Assembly (NCBI GenBank): GCA_047404195.1
Contig: JBDOIU010000010.1
Location: forward strand, 1 to 64,000
DNA from: Coxiellaceae bacterium
Lineage (GTDB): Bacteria > Pseudomonadota > Gammaproteobacteria > JAJRRL01
DNA: 64,000 nt
Reading direction: 5' to 3'
Position 1 is the first letter of the stretch; each line of letters starts with the position of its first letter. A program made the translations under genes and the position numbers. The notes below the pieces were generated by a model, which was given only the letters and a program-made list of their open reading frames with translations, was not told the DNA's origin and ran no database searches. Below are positions 21,229-30,916 of the stretch, one piece after another.

Positions 21229-22134
21229 TTGCTTGTGGCACTGAGATTTAGAAGAAAGCAATCATTTATCTGGCGCGGCGTCGCTTGTATGCTGTTTTGC
21301 TTGTGTTTGTTGATCGTGGATTGTCGATATCATTACTGCGATACATTGAAGAGCGCTTTGTCGAGCCATGTTGTTGAGCCGCTTGAGTTGACCATCGATT
21401 GGCCTTCAAAAACCATTAAGTTGATCATGGCTGGTGCCAAATCAGAGCATAAGCTACTTATGGAAAATGCTGCCTTGCGTGCACATGAGCTAATGCTGGC
21501 GGCCAAGCTGAATCAATATCGTGATTTGGCGTCTGAAAATAAACGGTTGCGACAGCTACTTAAATCATCTGACGAATTAAATATGCATGTGCTGGTTGCA
21601 GATATACTGTCAATATCTCTCGACTCTGCTTTGAATCAGGTGACCATTGATCGTGGCAAGGTGGATCATGTCTTTGTGGGACAGCCCGTGTTGGGGGCGC
21701 ATGGTGTCATTGGGCAGGTTGTGTCAGTAGGTAGACAATTAAGCCGTGTGTTGCTTCTGACTGATCGCAGTAGTGCAATACCCGTTATGAGTCAACGGAC
21801 GCATCAACGAAGTATTGTTGTTGGGTGGCAGCATCATTTACCACATACTTTGAAGTTAATTAATCATGCATCTGATTTGGATATAAAGGTGGGTGATACA
21901 TATGTCGCCTCGGGTTTAGCATTACATTATCCTGTTGGCTATCCAGTTGCGCGTGTTACTGAAATACGCACGGATTCTGATGTGGGGCAACAGGAAGTGA
22001 TTTTGTCGCCTATTGCGCATTTACACTTAGCTAGGCAAGTCATTTTGGCGTGGCCAAAGCATGTGGGTTTATCGCATGTATTGAAGCCATTCAATCAACA
22101 ATCACTGCTATCGAGGCCTCATGCGACAAGCTAA
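21229..22134 (+). CDS. mreC: rod-shape-determining protein MreC
   Basis: Position after mreB. N-terminal TM and coiled coil (ENKRLRQLL), then the beta domain (VGQPVLGAHGVIGQVVSV) conserved in MreC. Confidence 0.8.
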   Translation: MLVALRFRRKQSFIWRGVACMLFCLCLLIVDCRYHYCDTLKSALSSHVVEPLELTIDWPSKTIKLIMAGAKSEHKLLMENAALRAHELMLAAKLNQYRDLASENKRLRQLLKSSDELNMHVLVADILSISLDSALNQVTIDRGKVDHVFVGQPVLGAHGVIGQVVSVGRQLSRVLLLTDRSSAIPVMSQRTHQRSIVVGWQHHLPHTLKLINHASDLDIKVGDTYVASGLALHYPVGYPVARVTEIRTDSDVGQQEVILSPIAHLHLARQVILAWPKHVGLSHVLKPFNQQSLLSRPHATS

Positions 22135-22624
22135 GTTTTCATTGCTGTCTTTTATGCTATTGTTATTGGCTGCTTTAGTCATTGATCTGCTACCCTCGTC
22201 ATCTGCTTTTTCGGTATGGCGGCCAGATTGGACCTTGATGATTTTAATGTATTGGTTAATGTGCATGAAAGATCGGGTTTCCTTTTTTCTGTGTGCTCTT
22301 TGGGGTGTGTTTTTTGATTGTGTGGTTGGAACCCCGATGGGTTTTCACGCCTTAATTTATACTGCATTAGCAATGATGATTGTTGCGACTCAGTCTGTTT
22401 TGAGGCATGGTAGCCAGGCTAAAAAAATCATGTGGGGTATTCTTTATTTAACAATCTGTGCTGCTTTGAAAGAGGTGTTGCTGCTATTCACTGGCTATGG
22501 TTTGAGTGGTTACGATATTTTTCATTGCTTAACAAATATTCTCTGCTGGCCTTTCTTGTTGGTCGTGCTAGATGCTGCTCAGTATCGATTGCATCGTATC
22601 AGGAAATATCCGCTGCAGCAGTAG
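22121..22624 (+). CDS. mreD: rod-shape-determining protein MreD
   Basis: 167-aa polytopic membrane protein overlapping the mreC stop, in the conserved mreBCD order. Confidence 0.75.
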   Translation: MRQAKFSLLSFMLLLLAALVIDLLPSSSAFSVWRPDWTLMILMYWLMCMKDRVSFFLCALWGVFFDCVVGTPMGFHALIYTALAMMIVATQSVLRHGSQAKKIMWGILYLTICAALKEVLLLFTGYGLSGYDIFHCLTNILCWPFLLVVLDAAQYRLHRIRKYPLQQ

Positions 22625-22645
22625 TCTATTTCAGTGAGGTGAGTC

Positions 22646-24094
22646 ATGACTTATTCAGAAACACATGCATTGGCTGTTGAGGCATGTTTATCAGTGCATT
22701 CATTGTCATTAGAACAGGCACAGGATGCTTTGAATGGTGCGTTATCGCCAGCAGTTGATTTTGCAGATTTATACTGTCAGCGTACAAGCTCTGAGCATTG
22801 GTGTTTGGAAGAGGGTATTGTGAAGTCGGCGGGTTATAGTGTTGACAGTGGTTTTGGCTTGCGTGTGGTGTCTGGTGCTCAAACGGGGTTTTCTTATAGT
22901 AACGATGTTTCACTGCTGGCTTTGCGTCATGCTGCGCAGCAGTGTCAGGCAATGAGTATCACAGGCCAGGCTCAGATGCGTGTCATGCAAAATAATCTAA
23001 CGGGCGTGTCTTTTTATCAGCCTGTTAATCCCATTTTGACATGGACTGATCAGGAGAAAGTTCAGATGCTGCAGTTAATTGACCGATACACGCGTTCATT
23101 GGATGCGCGTGTGAAGTCTGTTAATTTGCGTTTATCAGCTGAGGAAGATGTCGTATTGATTATGAATGACAATGGGCATGTTGTTTCGGATGTGCGCCCG
23201 ATGGTTGGTTTTCATGTGCAGGTTGTTTTGGTTGGTGACGAAGGGCAAGAGCAAGGTTTTGCAGGGGGTGGTGGTCGTGGTGCTTATGGTGCGATTTTAG
23301 ATGAAGCTGACATGAAGCGTATTGCAGAGTCTGCTGTGCGTAAGGCATCGATTAACTTGTCTGCGCGGCCTGCACCAGCTGGAGATTTACCAGTTGTTTT
23401 GGCTGCTGGTTGGCCAGGTGTGCTCTTACATGAAGCGGTTGGCCATGGTTTAGAAGCGGATGCGAATCGTAAAGGTAGTTCAGTATTCAGTGGTCTTTTG
23501 GGTGAGGAGGTGGCTTCGTCGCTATGCTCTATCGTGGATGATGCCACTATTAAGGGGCGTCGTGGCTCTTTGTCGGTTGATGATGAGGGAACGCCCGGAC
23601 AAAAGACTTTGCTGGTAGAGAATGGTCGTTTAGTGTCCTACATGTATGACAAGCAAAATGCGATGCTCATGTCCGCAGAATCAACCGGCAATGGTCGTCG
23701 TGAGTCGTATGCGCATCTTCCAATGCCGCGCATGACCAATACCTATATGCTGCCTGGTGACGATACGCAAGCAGATATGATTGCCAGTATCGTTGACGGT
23801 ATCTACGCCGTCGATTTTTCTGGTGGTCAGGTTGACACGACATCTGGTCAGTTTGTTTTCACAAGTAGTGAGGCATATCGTATCGAGCAGGGAAAAATAA
23901 CCTACCCAGTAAAGAAAGCCACGTTATCTGGTCATGGACCTGAGGTGCTGCGGAAAATTTCTATGGTGGGTTCAGATTGTCAGTTAGATCCAGGTATTGG
24001 TGTTTGCGGTAAGGCTGGACAGTCGGTGCCAGTGGGCGTTGGGCAGCCCGCGTTGAAGGTAGATTCGCTGTTGATCGGAGGCTCTCAATTGTAA
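22646..24094 (+). CDS. tldD: metalloprotease TldD
   Basis: 482 aa, alignable along its length to E. coli TldD (HEAVGHGLEAD zinc-site region, C-terminal GGSQL). Confidence 0.9.
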   Translation: MTYSETHALAVEACLSVHSLSLEQAQDALNGALSPAVDFADLYCQRTSSEHWCLEEGIVKSAGYSVDSGFGLRVVSGAQTGFSYSNDVSLLALRHAAQQCQAMSITGQAQMRVMQNNLTGVSFYQPVNPILTWTDQEKVQMLQLIDRYTRSLDARVKSVNLRLSAEEDVVLIMNDNGHVVSDVRPMVGFHVQVVLVGDEGQEQGFAGGGGRGAYGAILDEADMKRIAESAVRKASINLSARPAPAGDLPVVLAAGWPGVLLHEAVGHGLEADANRKGSSVFSGLLGEEVASSLCSIVDDATIKGRRGSLSVDDEGTPGQKTLLVENGRLVSYMYDKQNAMLMSAESTGNGRRESYAHLPMPRMTNTYMLPGDDTQADMIASIVDGIYAVDFSGGQVDTTSGQFVFTSSEAYRIEQGKITYPVKKATLSGHGPEVLRKISMVGSDCQLDPGIGVCGKAGQSVPVGVGQPALKVDSLLIGGSQL

Positions 24095-24183
24095 AAAAAT
24101 CGGCATGATTGATTCTGATCGCCGATATTTCTTAAGTGCGTGTATGAAAACATAACTTTAGCGTGTTTTTTCGGGGGCTTTTC

Positions 24184-24214
24184 TTGACAGGTGTGAGGTG
24201 TGATTGGTATAAAT
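24184..24214 (+). promoter_or_regulatory. candidate sigma70 promoter for hupB
   Basis: TTGACA at 24184-24189, a 17-18-nt spacer, then TATAAAT about 40 nt upstream of the hupB start. Confidence 0.45.
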
Positions 24215-24254
24215 GACCATTCTCTTACACGCTACCAATTTTTAAGGAGTAGTT

Positions 24255-24572
24255 ATGCCAAACAATACCACTGTAACTAAGGGTGAGCTGATTTCACTTG
24301 TCGCTGAGAAGACAGGTCAATCTTTAGTCGACACTAAGCCTGTTGTCAATGCAATTTTTGATGAAGTTGTTAGGCTTGTTGCAGAAGGTGCAGACGTTCG
24401 TTTGACTGGATTTGGTACATTTACCAGCAGATTCCGTGAAGCCAGAACTGCGCGCCAGCCTGGATCAACCAATGTGGTTAATGTGCCAGCAGCAACTGTG
24501 CCTAAGTTTAAGCCAGGTAAAAGCTTCAAAGAAGCAGTGAACGAAAAAGAAGCTGTTGCGACCACAGCTTAG
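24255..24572 (+). CDS. hupB: HU-family DNA-binding protein (HU-beta-like)
   Basis: MPNNTTVTKGELISLVAEKTG...GFGTF...R.R.ARNP-like arm, C-terminal K-rich tail, and position upstream of ppiD as in E. coli. Confidence 0.85.
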   Translation: MPNNTTVTKGELISLVAEKTGQSLVDTKPVVNAIFDEVVRLVAEGADVRLTGFGTFTSRFREARTARQPGSTNVVNVPAATVPKFKPGKSFKEAVNEKEAVATTA

Positions 24573-24678
24573 TTTTTCACAATCAGGTATGCTGGCTTGG
24601 CTGTTAGCATATTGATTGGGTAAACGTTGTTGTGAATTCAAGGGTTTGAGGAATTTTCACATTTTTGTGTTTTTCCTC

Positions 24679-24707
24679 TTGACCACTCTTCATGATTGCG
24701 ATATTGT
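24679..24707 (+). promoter_or_regulatory. candidate sigma70 promoter for the tRNA-Val/tRNA-Asp pair
   Basis: TTGACC (24679-24684), a 17-nt spacer, then TATTGT (24702-24707), about 30 nt upstream of the tRNA-Val 5' end. Confidence 0.4.
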
Positions 24708-24737
24708 TTACCTGCGCATGTGTTGAACATGCAGCTT

Positions 24738-24813
24738 GGGTGCTTAGCTCAGCTGGGAGAGCGTCGCCCTTACAAGGCGAATGTCGGGGGTTCGATCCCC
24801 TCAGCACCCACCA
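24738..24813 (+). tRNA. tRNA-Val (anticodon TAC)
   Basis: GGGTGCTTAGCTCAGCTGGGAGAGCGTCGCCCTTACAAGGCG...GGTTCGATCCCCTCAGCACCCACCA. The cloverleaf pairs correctly, the anticodon loop is CTTACAA, and the sequence is near-identical to E. coli tRNA-Val(UAC). Confidence 0.9.
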
Positions 24814-24842
24814 TTAACAGGCATGTTATTATCGCCTGCTTT

Positions 24843-24919
24843 GGAGTGGTAGTTCAGTTGGTTAGAATACCGGCCTGTCACGCCGGGGGTCGCGGGTTCG
24901 AGTCCCGTCCACTCCGCCA
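24843..24919 (+). tRNA. tRNA-Asp (anticodon GTC)
   Basis: GGAGTGGTAGTTCAGTTGGTTAGAATACCGGCCTGTCACGCCGGGGGTCGCGGGTTCGAGTCCCGTCCACTCCGCCA, near-identical to E. coli tRNA-Asp. Confidence 0.9.
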
Positions 24920-24966
24920 TTTATGGTAATGGCCCCGTCTTTGGCGATGACTCAAAGGATTTCTCT

Positions 24967-26817
24967 ATGTTACTGAATGTAAAAAACTCCATGCGCGGAT
25001 GGCTTGGTAAAGTCATCGTGGTTTTTGTATGCTTGGCACTGGTGCTGCTGGGATTACAATATTATTTTATGGCCAGTAGTGGTCAGTCAGCCGTCCTTGC
25101 AAAGGCAGGTGATAAGAAGATAACTCGAAAAGAATTTAGACCGCTCTTTACTCGCTATGAAAACCGTTTGGTTCGTCAGCGTGGTCCATTGACGCCGCTG
25201 GAGCGTCAGCAAGTCGCACGGGCTGTATTAAATGCAATGATAACGGATAAGGTCATGTCTCAAGGTTTGAGGCAGTTTGGGTTCGCTGTTGCGCCAGATG
25301 TTCTGAAGCAGTTTATTCAGGGGTTGCCTGAGTTTCAACAGGCAGGTCATTTCTCTGCAGATAAGTTCAGGCGTTTTTTGCAAAGTCAGCAGTTCACAGC
25401 AGAGCAGTTTACACAAGATAGTACTGTGCGATTCATCAGTAATCAGTTGCAAAGTGGTTTGCTCGCGTCAATTGCAAGCTTTCAGCCTGAGGGTTTGAAG
25501 TTTGCGCATTGGGCTTTGCAGAAGCGTGCTTTTTCAGTTGCGGTGTTGCAGCCGAAGCAATTTGTGCATGATAGCAAGCCAGTCACTGATCAGGAGGTCA
25601 AGCAATATTATGAGAAACATCAGGCCTCGTATCATATGCCTGCCATGGCGACCGCGGATTACATTCATATCTCCGTGAATGATCTCATGCAAAAAACAAA
25701 TATCCCTGCTCAGGAGATGCAGCAATATTATAACGACAACAAGCAGTCCTTTCGTGCGCCATCTGTGTATCAGTTTAGCATTGTTCCTAGCAAGGGTTTG
25801 TCTTCTGACGATCAGAAAAAGATGACAGCACAGTTGTCCACCGATTCCTTTCAGGGGTTGATGAAGAAATACAAAGGGCGAGCGCTCACGCAATCAGCAG
25901 ACAAGATGGACCTAGCCCTATTGCAGAAGCTGCACCAACAGGCTGTTGGTGTTGGTGTGCAGCAGGTGACATATAAGGGGCAAGCTGTTTGGTTGTACTT
26001 GAGTGCTATTAATCCGGGCAGTATCCTGCCATACAGTGTTGCTAAGTTACGTGTGCGACGTTTGCTTGTGCAGCAAAGATTGCAAAAGGTTGTTGCTGCA
26101 GAAGCTGAGCGTTTGGCCAATCTCACTTACATGAATGCTGATAGTCTGTTACCGGCATCAAAAGCCTTAGGGTATCCTGTCAAAACCACAGTTGCATTCG
26201 CACAGGGTGTTGCAGGTAAAGATATTTTGGCAAGCTCTGCAGTGCGTGCTGCTGCTTTCTCTGCTGATGTGCGTGCGGGACAAAATAGTTCTGTGATTCA
26301 CTTAACAGATGGTAGTCTCGTTGTATTGCGTTTACGCCACTATTCTGCTCCCAAAGTGAAGCAGTTGTCGGCTGTGCGTCCGGAAATTGTGGGCGTTATT
26401 CAGGCTAATCGGGATAAAATGCAGATGGGTTTGCTTGCTATACAGCTTAGAAAGCGTTTAAGCAAAGATGAATCATTGGATGGGTACTTTGCAAAGCATG
26501 GGATTCGTTGGCAACATATTTCAGGGTTGACGCGATATCTACCCAAGTATGCGCATCAAAGGTGGTTGAGTGCTGCGTTTAGACTGAAGAAGCCAGGTTT
26601 GTCTACGACTCTGCCGCAAATGGATGGTTCTATTGCTTTGGTGCGTTTGGATAAAGTGAGCAACCCTACAGCTGCCGAAACCAAGTCATTCTTAGAGAAG
26701 CCACGTATGCGAGGCGCGCTGATACGCCCTTACTATCGTATGTTGTCCGCTGGTGTGCAGGCTGGTTTTCAGCGTGCCGTGAAAGTGAAAGTGTTGGCGA
26801 AAAAGCTCATCTCCTAA
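24967..26817 (+). CDS. ppiD: periplasmic chaperone PpiD (parvulin-like PPIase D)
   Basis: 616 aa with an N-terminal TM anchor and a long SurA-like periplasmic region. Synteny hupB-(tRNA)-ppiD matches E. coli lon-hupB-ppiD. Exact start uncertain. Confidence 0.75.
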   Translation: MLLNVKNSMRGWLGKVIVVFVCLALVLLGLQYYFMASSGQSAVLAKAGDKKITRKEFRPLFTRYENRLVRQRGPLTPLERQQVARAVLNAMITDKVMSQGLRQFGFAVAPDVLKQFIQGLPEFQQAGHFSADKFRRFLQSQQFTAEQFTQDSTVRFISNQLQSGLLASIASFQPEGLKFAHWALQKRAFSVAVLQPKQFVHDSKPVTDQEVKQYYEKHQASYHMPAMATADYIHISVNDLMQKTNIPAQEMQQYYNDNKQSFRAPSVYQFSIVPSKGLSSDDQKKMTAQLSTDSFQGLMKKYKGRALTQSADKMDLALLQKLHQQAVGVGVQQVTYKGQAVWLYLSAINPGSILPYSVAKLRVRRLLVQQRLQKVVAAEAERLANLTYMNADSLLPASKALGYPVKTTVAFAQGVAGKDILASSAVRAAAFSADVRAGQNSSVIHLTDGSLVVLRLRHYSAPKVKQLSAVRPEIVGVIQANRDKMQMGLLAIQLRKRLSKDESLDGYFAKHGIRWQHISGLTRYLPKYAHQRWLSAAFRLKKPGLSTTLPQMDGSIALVRLDKVSNPTAAETKSFLEKPRMRGALIRPYYRMLSAGVQAGFQRAVKVKVLAKKLIS

Positions 26818-26910
26818 GGTGGTCGATGGGCTGCTATCTTGATGCTCAGTTGCGCCGACATGATTTTCATTGTAAACTAAAAGAACTTTTTTACTTTTAA
26901 GGGGTTTAGA

Positions 26911-27273
26911 ATGATTCAAAAAATGTGCAAATCTTTTCTGTTGGTGGCGTGTGGGATCTCATTATGTTCATCCGGTTTTGCTGCTGATGCTGCTGCCAGT
27001 GACTGTCAGGGTGTGGCGGTGACAGTCAAAAATAAGAGTGGTGTTTGGCTACATGTATTAGATACATCAAATACTAAAAAATCAAAAGTGGTTGTTTGGG
27101 GCTGGCATGCTAAGCAGTGTTATACGCCAGGCGATGTAGCTATGATCGCACCTGTCATACACAGCCCAAATGATGTGGCTTTTCAACGTGTGACAATTAA
27201 AGAGCAAACAACAACGATCACTTGCTCGTCAGCCGGATGGCCTAATTTCATCAGCTGCGAGGCAGATGCCTAA
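26911..27273 (+). CDS. small secreted protein or lipoprotein, 4 Cys, hypothetical
   Basis: 120 aa. The N-terminus MIQKMCKSFLLVACGISLCSSGFAAD has a signal peptide with a possible LVAC lipobox, or signal-peptidase-I cleavage after GFA. Confidence 0.5.
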   Translation: MIQKMCKSFLLVACGISLCSSGFAADAAASDCQGVAVTVKNKSGVWLHVLDTSNTKKSKVVVWGWHAKQCYTPGDVAMIAPVIHSPNDVAFQRVTIKEQTTTITCSSAGWPNFISCEADA

Positions 27274-27301
27274 GTTCTAGTGCTTGTCATGAGTAGAGCT
27301 T

Positions 27302-27338
27302 CCCAGTATGCCCGTAGGCAGGCTGGGCTTTTTTTTAC
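27302..27338. terminator. rho-independent terminator
   Basis: CCCAGTATGCCCGTAGGCAGGCTGGG hairpin followed by CTTTTTTTTT. Confidence 0.55.
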
Positions 27339-27411
27339 CAGATCTACAGCGCGCTTGCATGGGGCTTGCACTTTTCGTGTGTGGGTGGTATTTTATATTT
27401 CTCTATTTTTT

Positions 27412-27486
27412 AGGCGCGTAGCTCAGTGGTAGAGCACCACCTTGACATGGTGGGAGTCGGTGGTTCAATTCCACTCGTGCCTACCA
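27412..27486 (+). tRNA. tRNA-Val (anticodon GAC)
   Basis: AGGCGCGTAGCTCAGTGGTAGAGCACCACCTTGACATGGTGG...TTCAATTCCACTCGTGCCTACCA. All four stems pair (with G-U wobbles) and the anticodon loop is TTGACAT. It lies 30 nt upstream of thrS. Confidence 0.85.
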
Positions 27487-27516
27487 ATTTTACCCGACAG
27501 TCCCGTTGAGGTGAGC

Positions 27517-29433
27517 ATGCCTGTTATTACATTTCCCGATCAACGCACTGAATCTGTCGACACTGAGTCGACACTGTATTCTGTTGCAGAATCCATAGCA
27601 CCTGGCTTGGCTAAGCGCAGTGTTGCCGCTGAGCTTGATGGTCAGCTTGTTGATTTGTCGCATTCGTTGACCCGTGATGCCCATTTACGTTTTATTACTC
27701 TAGACGACGAAGAGGCCTTAGAGGTATTGCGTCACTCTTCTGCGCATTTATTGGCGCAGGCAGTGCAGCGATTATTTGATGATGTGCAAGTCACCATTGG
27801 ACCAGTCATTGATGAGGGATTTTACTACGACTTTGTTTACGAGCGTGGTTTTACCCCAGAGGACTTAGAAAAAATAGAAGCTGAGATGGCAAAAATTGTC
27901 GCTGAAGATTTACCGGTATCGCGCGAAGTTGTCACGCGAGATGAGGCTGTGGCTTTATTTAAATCGATGGGGGAGGACTATAAGGTCAAAATCATTGAAG
28001 ATATCCCGGGTGATGAAACATTGACCCTGTATCGTCAGGGAGAGTTCGTTGATTTATGCCGTGGACCACATGTGCCACGCACAGGTTTGCTCAAAGCTTT
28101 TAAATTGACAAAAATTTCAGGTGCTTACTGGCGAGGTGACAGTAATAATGCCATGTTGCAAAGAATATACGGTACGGCCTGGTCAACGCCTAAGGCCTTA
28201 AAAGTCTACCTGCGTCGCATTGAAGAGGCGAAAAAGCGTGATCACCGTGTGTTAGCACAGAAAATGGATCTGTTTCATATTGAAGACGGGATGGTCTATT
28301 GGCATCCAAATGGTTGGGCCATTATCATGGCTATGCGAACATATTTGCGAGAAGTTTTATCACGTTCGGGCTATCAAGAAGTCAACACGCCGGCATTGGC
28401 GAATGAAGAGTTGTGGCAGCTCTCTGGTCATCGCGCCCAATTTGCTGACAATATGTTTTCCCTCGCTAAAGGCGCAGATCAGGTTGATTTGGGGTTGGTT
28501 GTTAAGCCGATGAATTGTCCCTGTCACGTACAGATTTATAATCAAGGTTTAAAAAGTTATCGTGATTTGCCGCTTAGGTTGGCGGAGTTTGGTTCTTGTA
28601 CACGTAATGAGCCATCTGGTGCGTTGAATGGTTTGCTGCGGTTGCGTGGCTTTGTGCAGGATGATGCGCATATTTTCTGTCAGGAAGAGCAGATCATGTC
28701 TGAGGTGCTGGCATTTATTGAGCTATTAAAGCACAGTTATACCGTATTTGGTTTTACAGACATCAGGTATAAGTTATCCACACGACCTGAGAAGCGATTG
28801 GGCACCGACGAGATTTGGGATCAGGCGGAGTCTGCTTTGAGTGAAGCGCTGAATGCAGCTGAGGTTGATTGGCAGGTGTTACCAGGTGAGGGTGCCTTCT
28901 ATGGTCCAAAGATTGAGTTTTCATTGTGTGACTGCTTAGGCCGAGTTTGGCAGTGCGGTACGATTCAGGTTGATTTCTCAATGCCTGGGCGTTTAGGTGC
29001 GCAATATGTGGCTGAAGATGGTTCTAAGCGCGTTCCTGTTATGCTGCATCGAGCACTGTTTGGTTCATTTGAGCGTTTCTTGGCCATTCTTTTGGAGGAA
29101 ACGGCTGGTTGGTTGCCCGTTTGGTTGGCGCCAGTGCAGGTTGTTGTGATGAGTGTGACGGATAAACAGCATGCTTATCAAGAAAAAGTGTACAAATTAC
29201 TAACAGATTCGGGTCTGAGAGTGCATTCAGACTTGAGAAATGAAAAAATTGCTTATAAAATTCGCGAACACACCATCGCTAGAATTCCTTACCAGTTGGT
29301 TGTTGGAGACAAAGAAGTGGCGGACAATACGGTGACGGTGCGAGAGAAAAACAACAAGAAGCAGACAGTGATGTCACTGTCAGATTTTGTTGCTATGATT
29401 TCTGTGGCTGCTGATATGAATCAGCTGTTGTAA
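27517..29433 (+). CDS. thrS: threonine--tRNA ligase
   Basis: MPVITFPDQRTE... matches the ThrRS N-terminus (TGS, editing and class II core domains). The ORF-track start at 27442 overlaps the tRNA, so I chose the internal ATG. Confidence 0.9.
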   Translation: MPVITFPDQRTESVDTESTLYSVAESIAPGLAKRSVAAELDGQLVDLSHSLTRDAHLRFITLDDEEALEVLRHSSAHLLAQAVQRLFDDVQVTIGPVIDEGFYYDFVYERGFTPEDLEKIEAEMAKIVAEDLPVSREVVTRDEAVALFKSMGEDYKVKIIEDIPGDETLTLYRQGEFVDLCRGPHVPRTGLLKAFKLTKISGAYWRGDSNNAMLQRIYGTAWSTPKALKVYLRRIEEAKKRDHRVLAQKMDLFHIEDGMVYWHPNGWAIIMAMRTYLREVLSRSGYQEVNTPALANEELWQLSGHRAQFADNMFSLAKGADQVDLGLVVKPMNCPCHVQIYNQGLKSYRDLPLRLAEFGSCTRNEPSGALNGLLRLRGFVQDDAHIFCQEEQIMSEVLAFIELLKHSYTVFGFTDIRYKLSTRPEKRLGTDEIWDQAESALSEALNAAEVDWQVLPGEGAFYGPKIEFSLCDCLGRVWQCGTIQVDFSMPGRLGAQYVAEDGSKRVPVMLHRALFGSFERFLAILLEETAGWLPVWLAPVQVVVMSVTDKQHAYQEKVYKLLTDSGLRVHSDLRNEKIAYKIREHTIARIPYQLVVGDKEVADNTVTVREKNNKKQTVMSLSDFVAMISVAADMNQLL

Positions 29434-29506
29434 TCATTTTATTGGGGTTTCTTACTTATTACTGGAGTCAGTCATTAAAAATTTTAGAATAAATCAGCGG
29501 ATTAGG

Positions 29507-30082
29507 GTGCCAGAAGTGCGCTTAGTTGGAGAATCAGGTGAGCAAATCGGTGTAGTACGCACGGCAGAGGCCTTAAAGCAAGCCAAGGCTGCTGGTCTAG
29601 ATTTGGTTGAAATCCAACCAAATGCACGTCCGCCAGTCTGCAGGCTCATGGACTACGGTAAATTAAAGTACAGCCTCAATAAGAAGCAGCGTACGTCTCG
29701 TAAAACGCAGGTAAAAGAAATTAAGATTCGGTACAATACCGATAAGCACGATTATGATCTTAAGATGAAGAAAATCATCACATTTTTGTCCCGCGGTGAT
29801 AAGGTTAAAGTCAGTATGCGTTTTCGAGGGCGAGAGATGCAGCATCGGCAGCTGGGTTTAGAGGTCTTGCAAAAGTTGCAGCATGAATTAGGTGATGATG
29901 TGGTGGTTGATAGCCACCCTAGTCTAGAGGGACGTCAGTTAACGATGCTGCTTTCGGCCAGTAAAAGCTTGCTGCAGCGCGTTGAGCAAGAAAAAGCCAA
30001 GGCTAAGCAAGCATCAGAGGCTGATAATACGGAAAAATCAGCTGTTAAAGAAGAAAAGGCAGTTGGTGAGGGTGAAAAATAA
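29507..30082 (+). CDS. infC: translation initiation factor IF-3
   Basis: VRLVGESGEQIGVV...DLVEIQPNARPPVCRLMDYGK matches IF3. The apparent start is GTG at 29507, with an in-frame ATT at 29501 (IF3 classically uses AUU). There is a K/E-rich C-terminal extension. Confidence 0.85.
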   Translation: MPEVRLVGESGEQIGVVRTAEALKQAKAAGLDLVEIQPNARPPVCRLMDYGKLKYSLNKKQRTSRKTQVKEIKIRYNTDKHDYDLKMKKIITFLSRGDKVKVSMRFRGREMQHRQLGLEVLQKLQHELGDDVVVDSHPSLEGRQLTMLLSASKSLLQRVEQEKAKAKQASEADNTEKSAVKEEKAVGEGEK

Positions 30083-30176
30083 CAGATTAAATTGCCATAT
30101 CGCTTGGCATTCAAATGAATCTTTGTTATGATAGGCGCCTCTTTTAAGGGGTTTTATAACCAGAAAGGTGGACTTT

Positions 30177-30374
30177 ATGGCCAAATTAAAATCAAAACGT
30201 GGGCTTCTGAAGCGTATTCGTATCACATCAAGCGGTCGGATTAAGCGTGCAAGAGCCAATAGGCGTCACATTTTAACCAAAATGGGGCAAAAGAGAAAGC
30301 GACAATTGCGTGGTCGTCAACTGATCAATTGCGCTGACATGGCGCTGGTCAAACGTATGTTGCACTTAGACTAA
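30177..30374 (+). CDS. rpmI: 50S ribosomal protein L35
   Basis: MAKLKSKRGLLKRIRITSSGRIKRARANRRHILTKM... matches L35; it follows infC. Confidence 0.85.
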   Translation: MAKLKSKRGLLKRIRITSSGRIKRARANRRHILTKMGQKRKRQLRGRQLINCADMALVKRMLHLD

Positions 30375-30431
30375 CGTTGACCAGTTATTTACATAATCCC
30401 ATCTCGGGATTTATCAGAGAGGTTATTCAAA

Positions 30432-30788
30432 ATGGCTAGAGTTAAGAAAGGGGTTACTGCACGTGCCCGCCATAAGAAGATCTTAAAGCAAGCAAAAGGT
30501 TATTACGGAGCCCGTTCACGTTGCTTCCGTACTGCCAAGCAAGCAGTGATCAAAGCGGCTCAGTATGCTTACCGTGACCGCAAACAACGAAAAAGACAAT
30601 TCCGCTCCTTGTGGATTGTGCGTATCAATGCTGCTGCGCGTTTACATGATTTGTCATACAGCCGTTTCATGAATGGTCTGAGTCAAGCTGGTGTAGAAGT
30701 AGATAGAAAAGTGTTGGCTGACATGGCCGTACACGAACCTGCTGCGTTTTCTGCACTTTGTGAGCAAGCAAAGGCTGCATTGGCATAG
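30432..30788 (+). CDS. rplT: 50S ribosomal protein L20
   Basis: [28 protein letters not shown]... is the canonical L20. Confidence 0.9.
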   Translation: MARVKKGVTARARHKKILKQAKGYYGARSRCFRTAKQAVIKAAQYAYRDRKQRKRQFRSLWIVRINAAARLHDLSYSRFMNGLSQAGVEVDRKVLADMAVHEPAAFSALCEQAKAALA

Positions 30789-30916
30789 AGTATCTATCCA
30801 TTTCGAGGTTGTTGCCATCAGCAGAATTGCTGACTGTCAACAGCCTTTTTTTATATGTGTGTTCGCAAGTGATTTAATTGACACACATTGTTGTGATCTG
30901 GCAAAAGGGGGATCGA

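Noticed and set aside
24696-24929. 77-aa ORF spanning the tRNA-Val/tRNA-Asp genes
   Set aside because: The region is fully explained by two canonical tRNAs.
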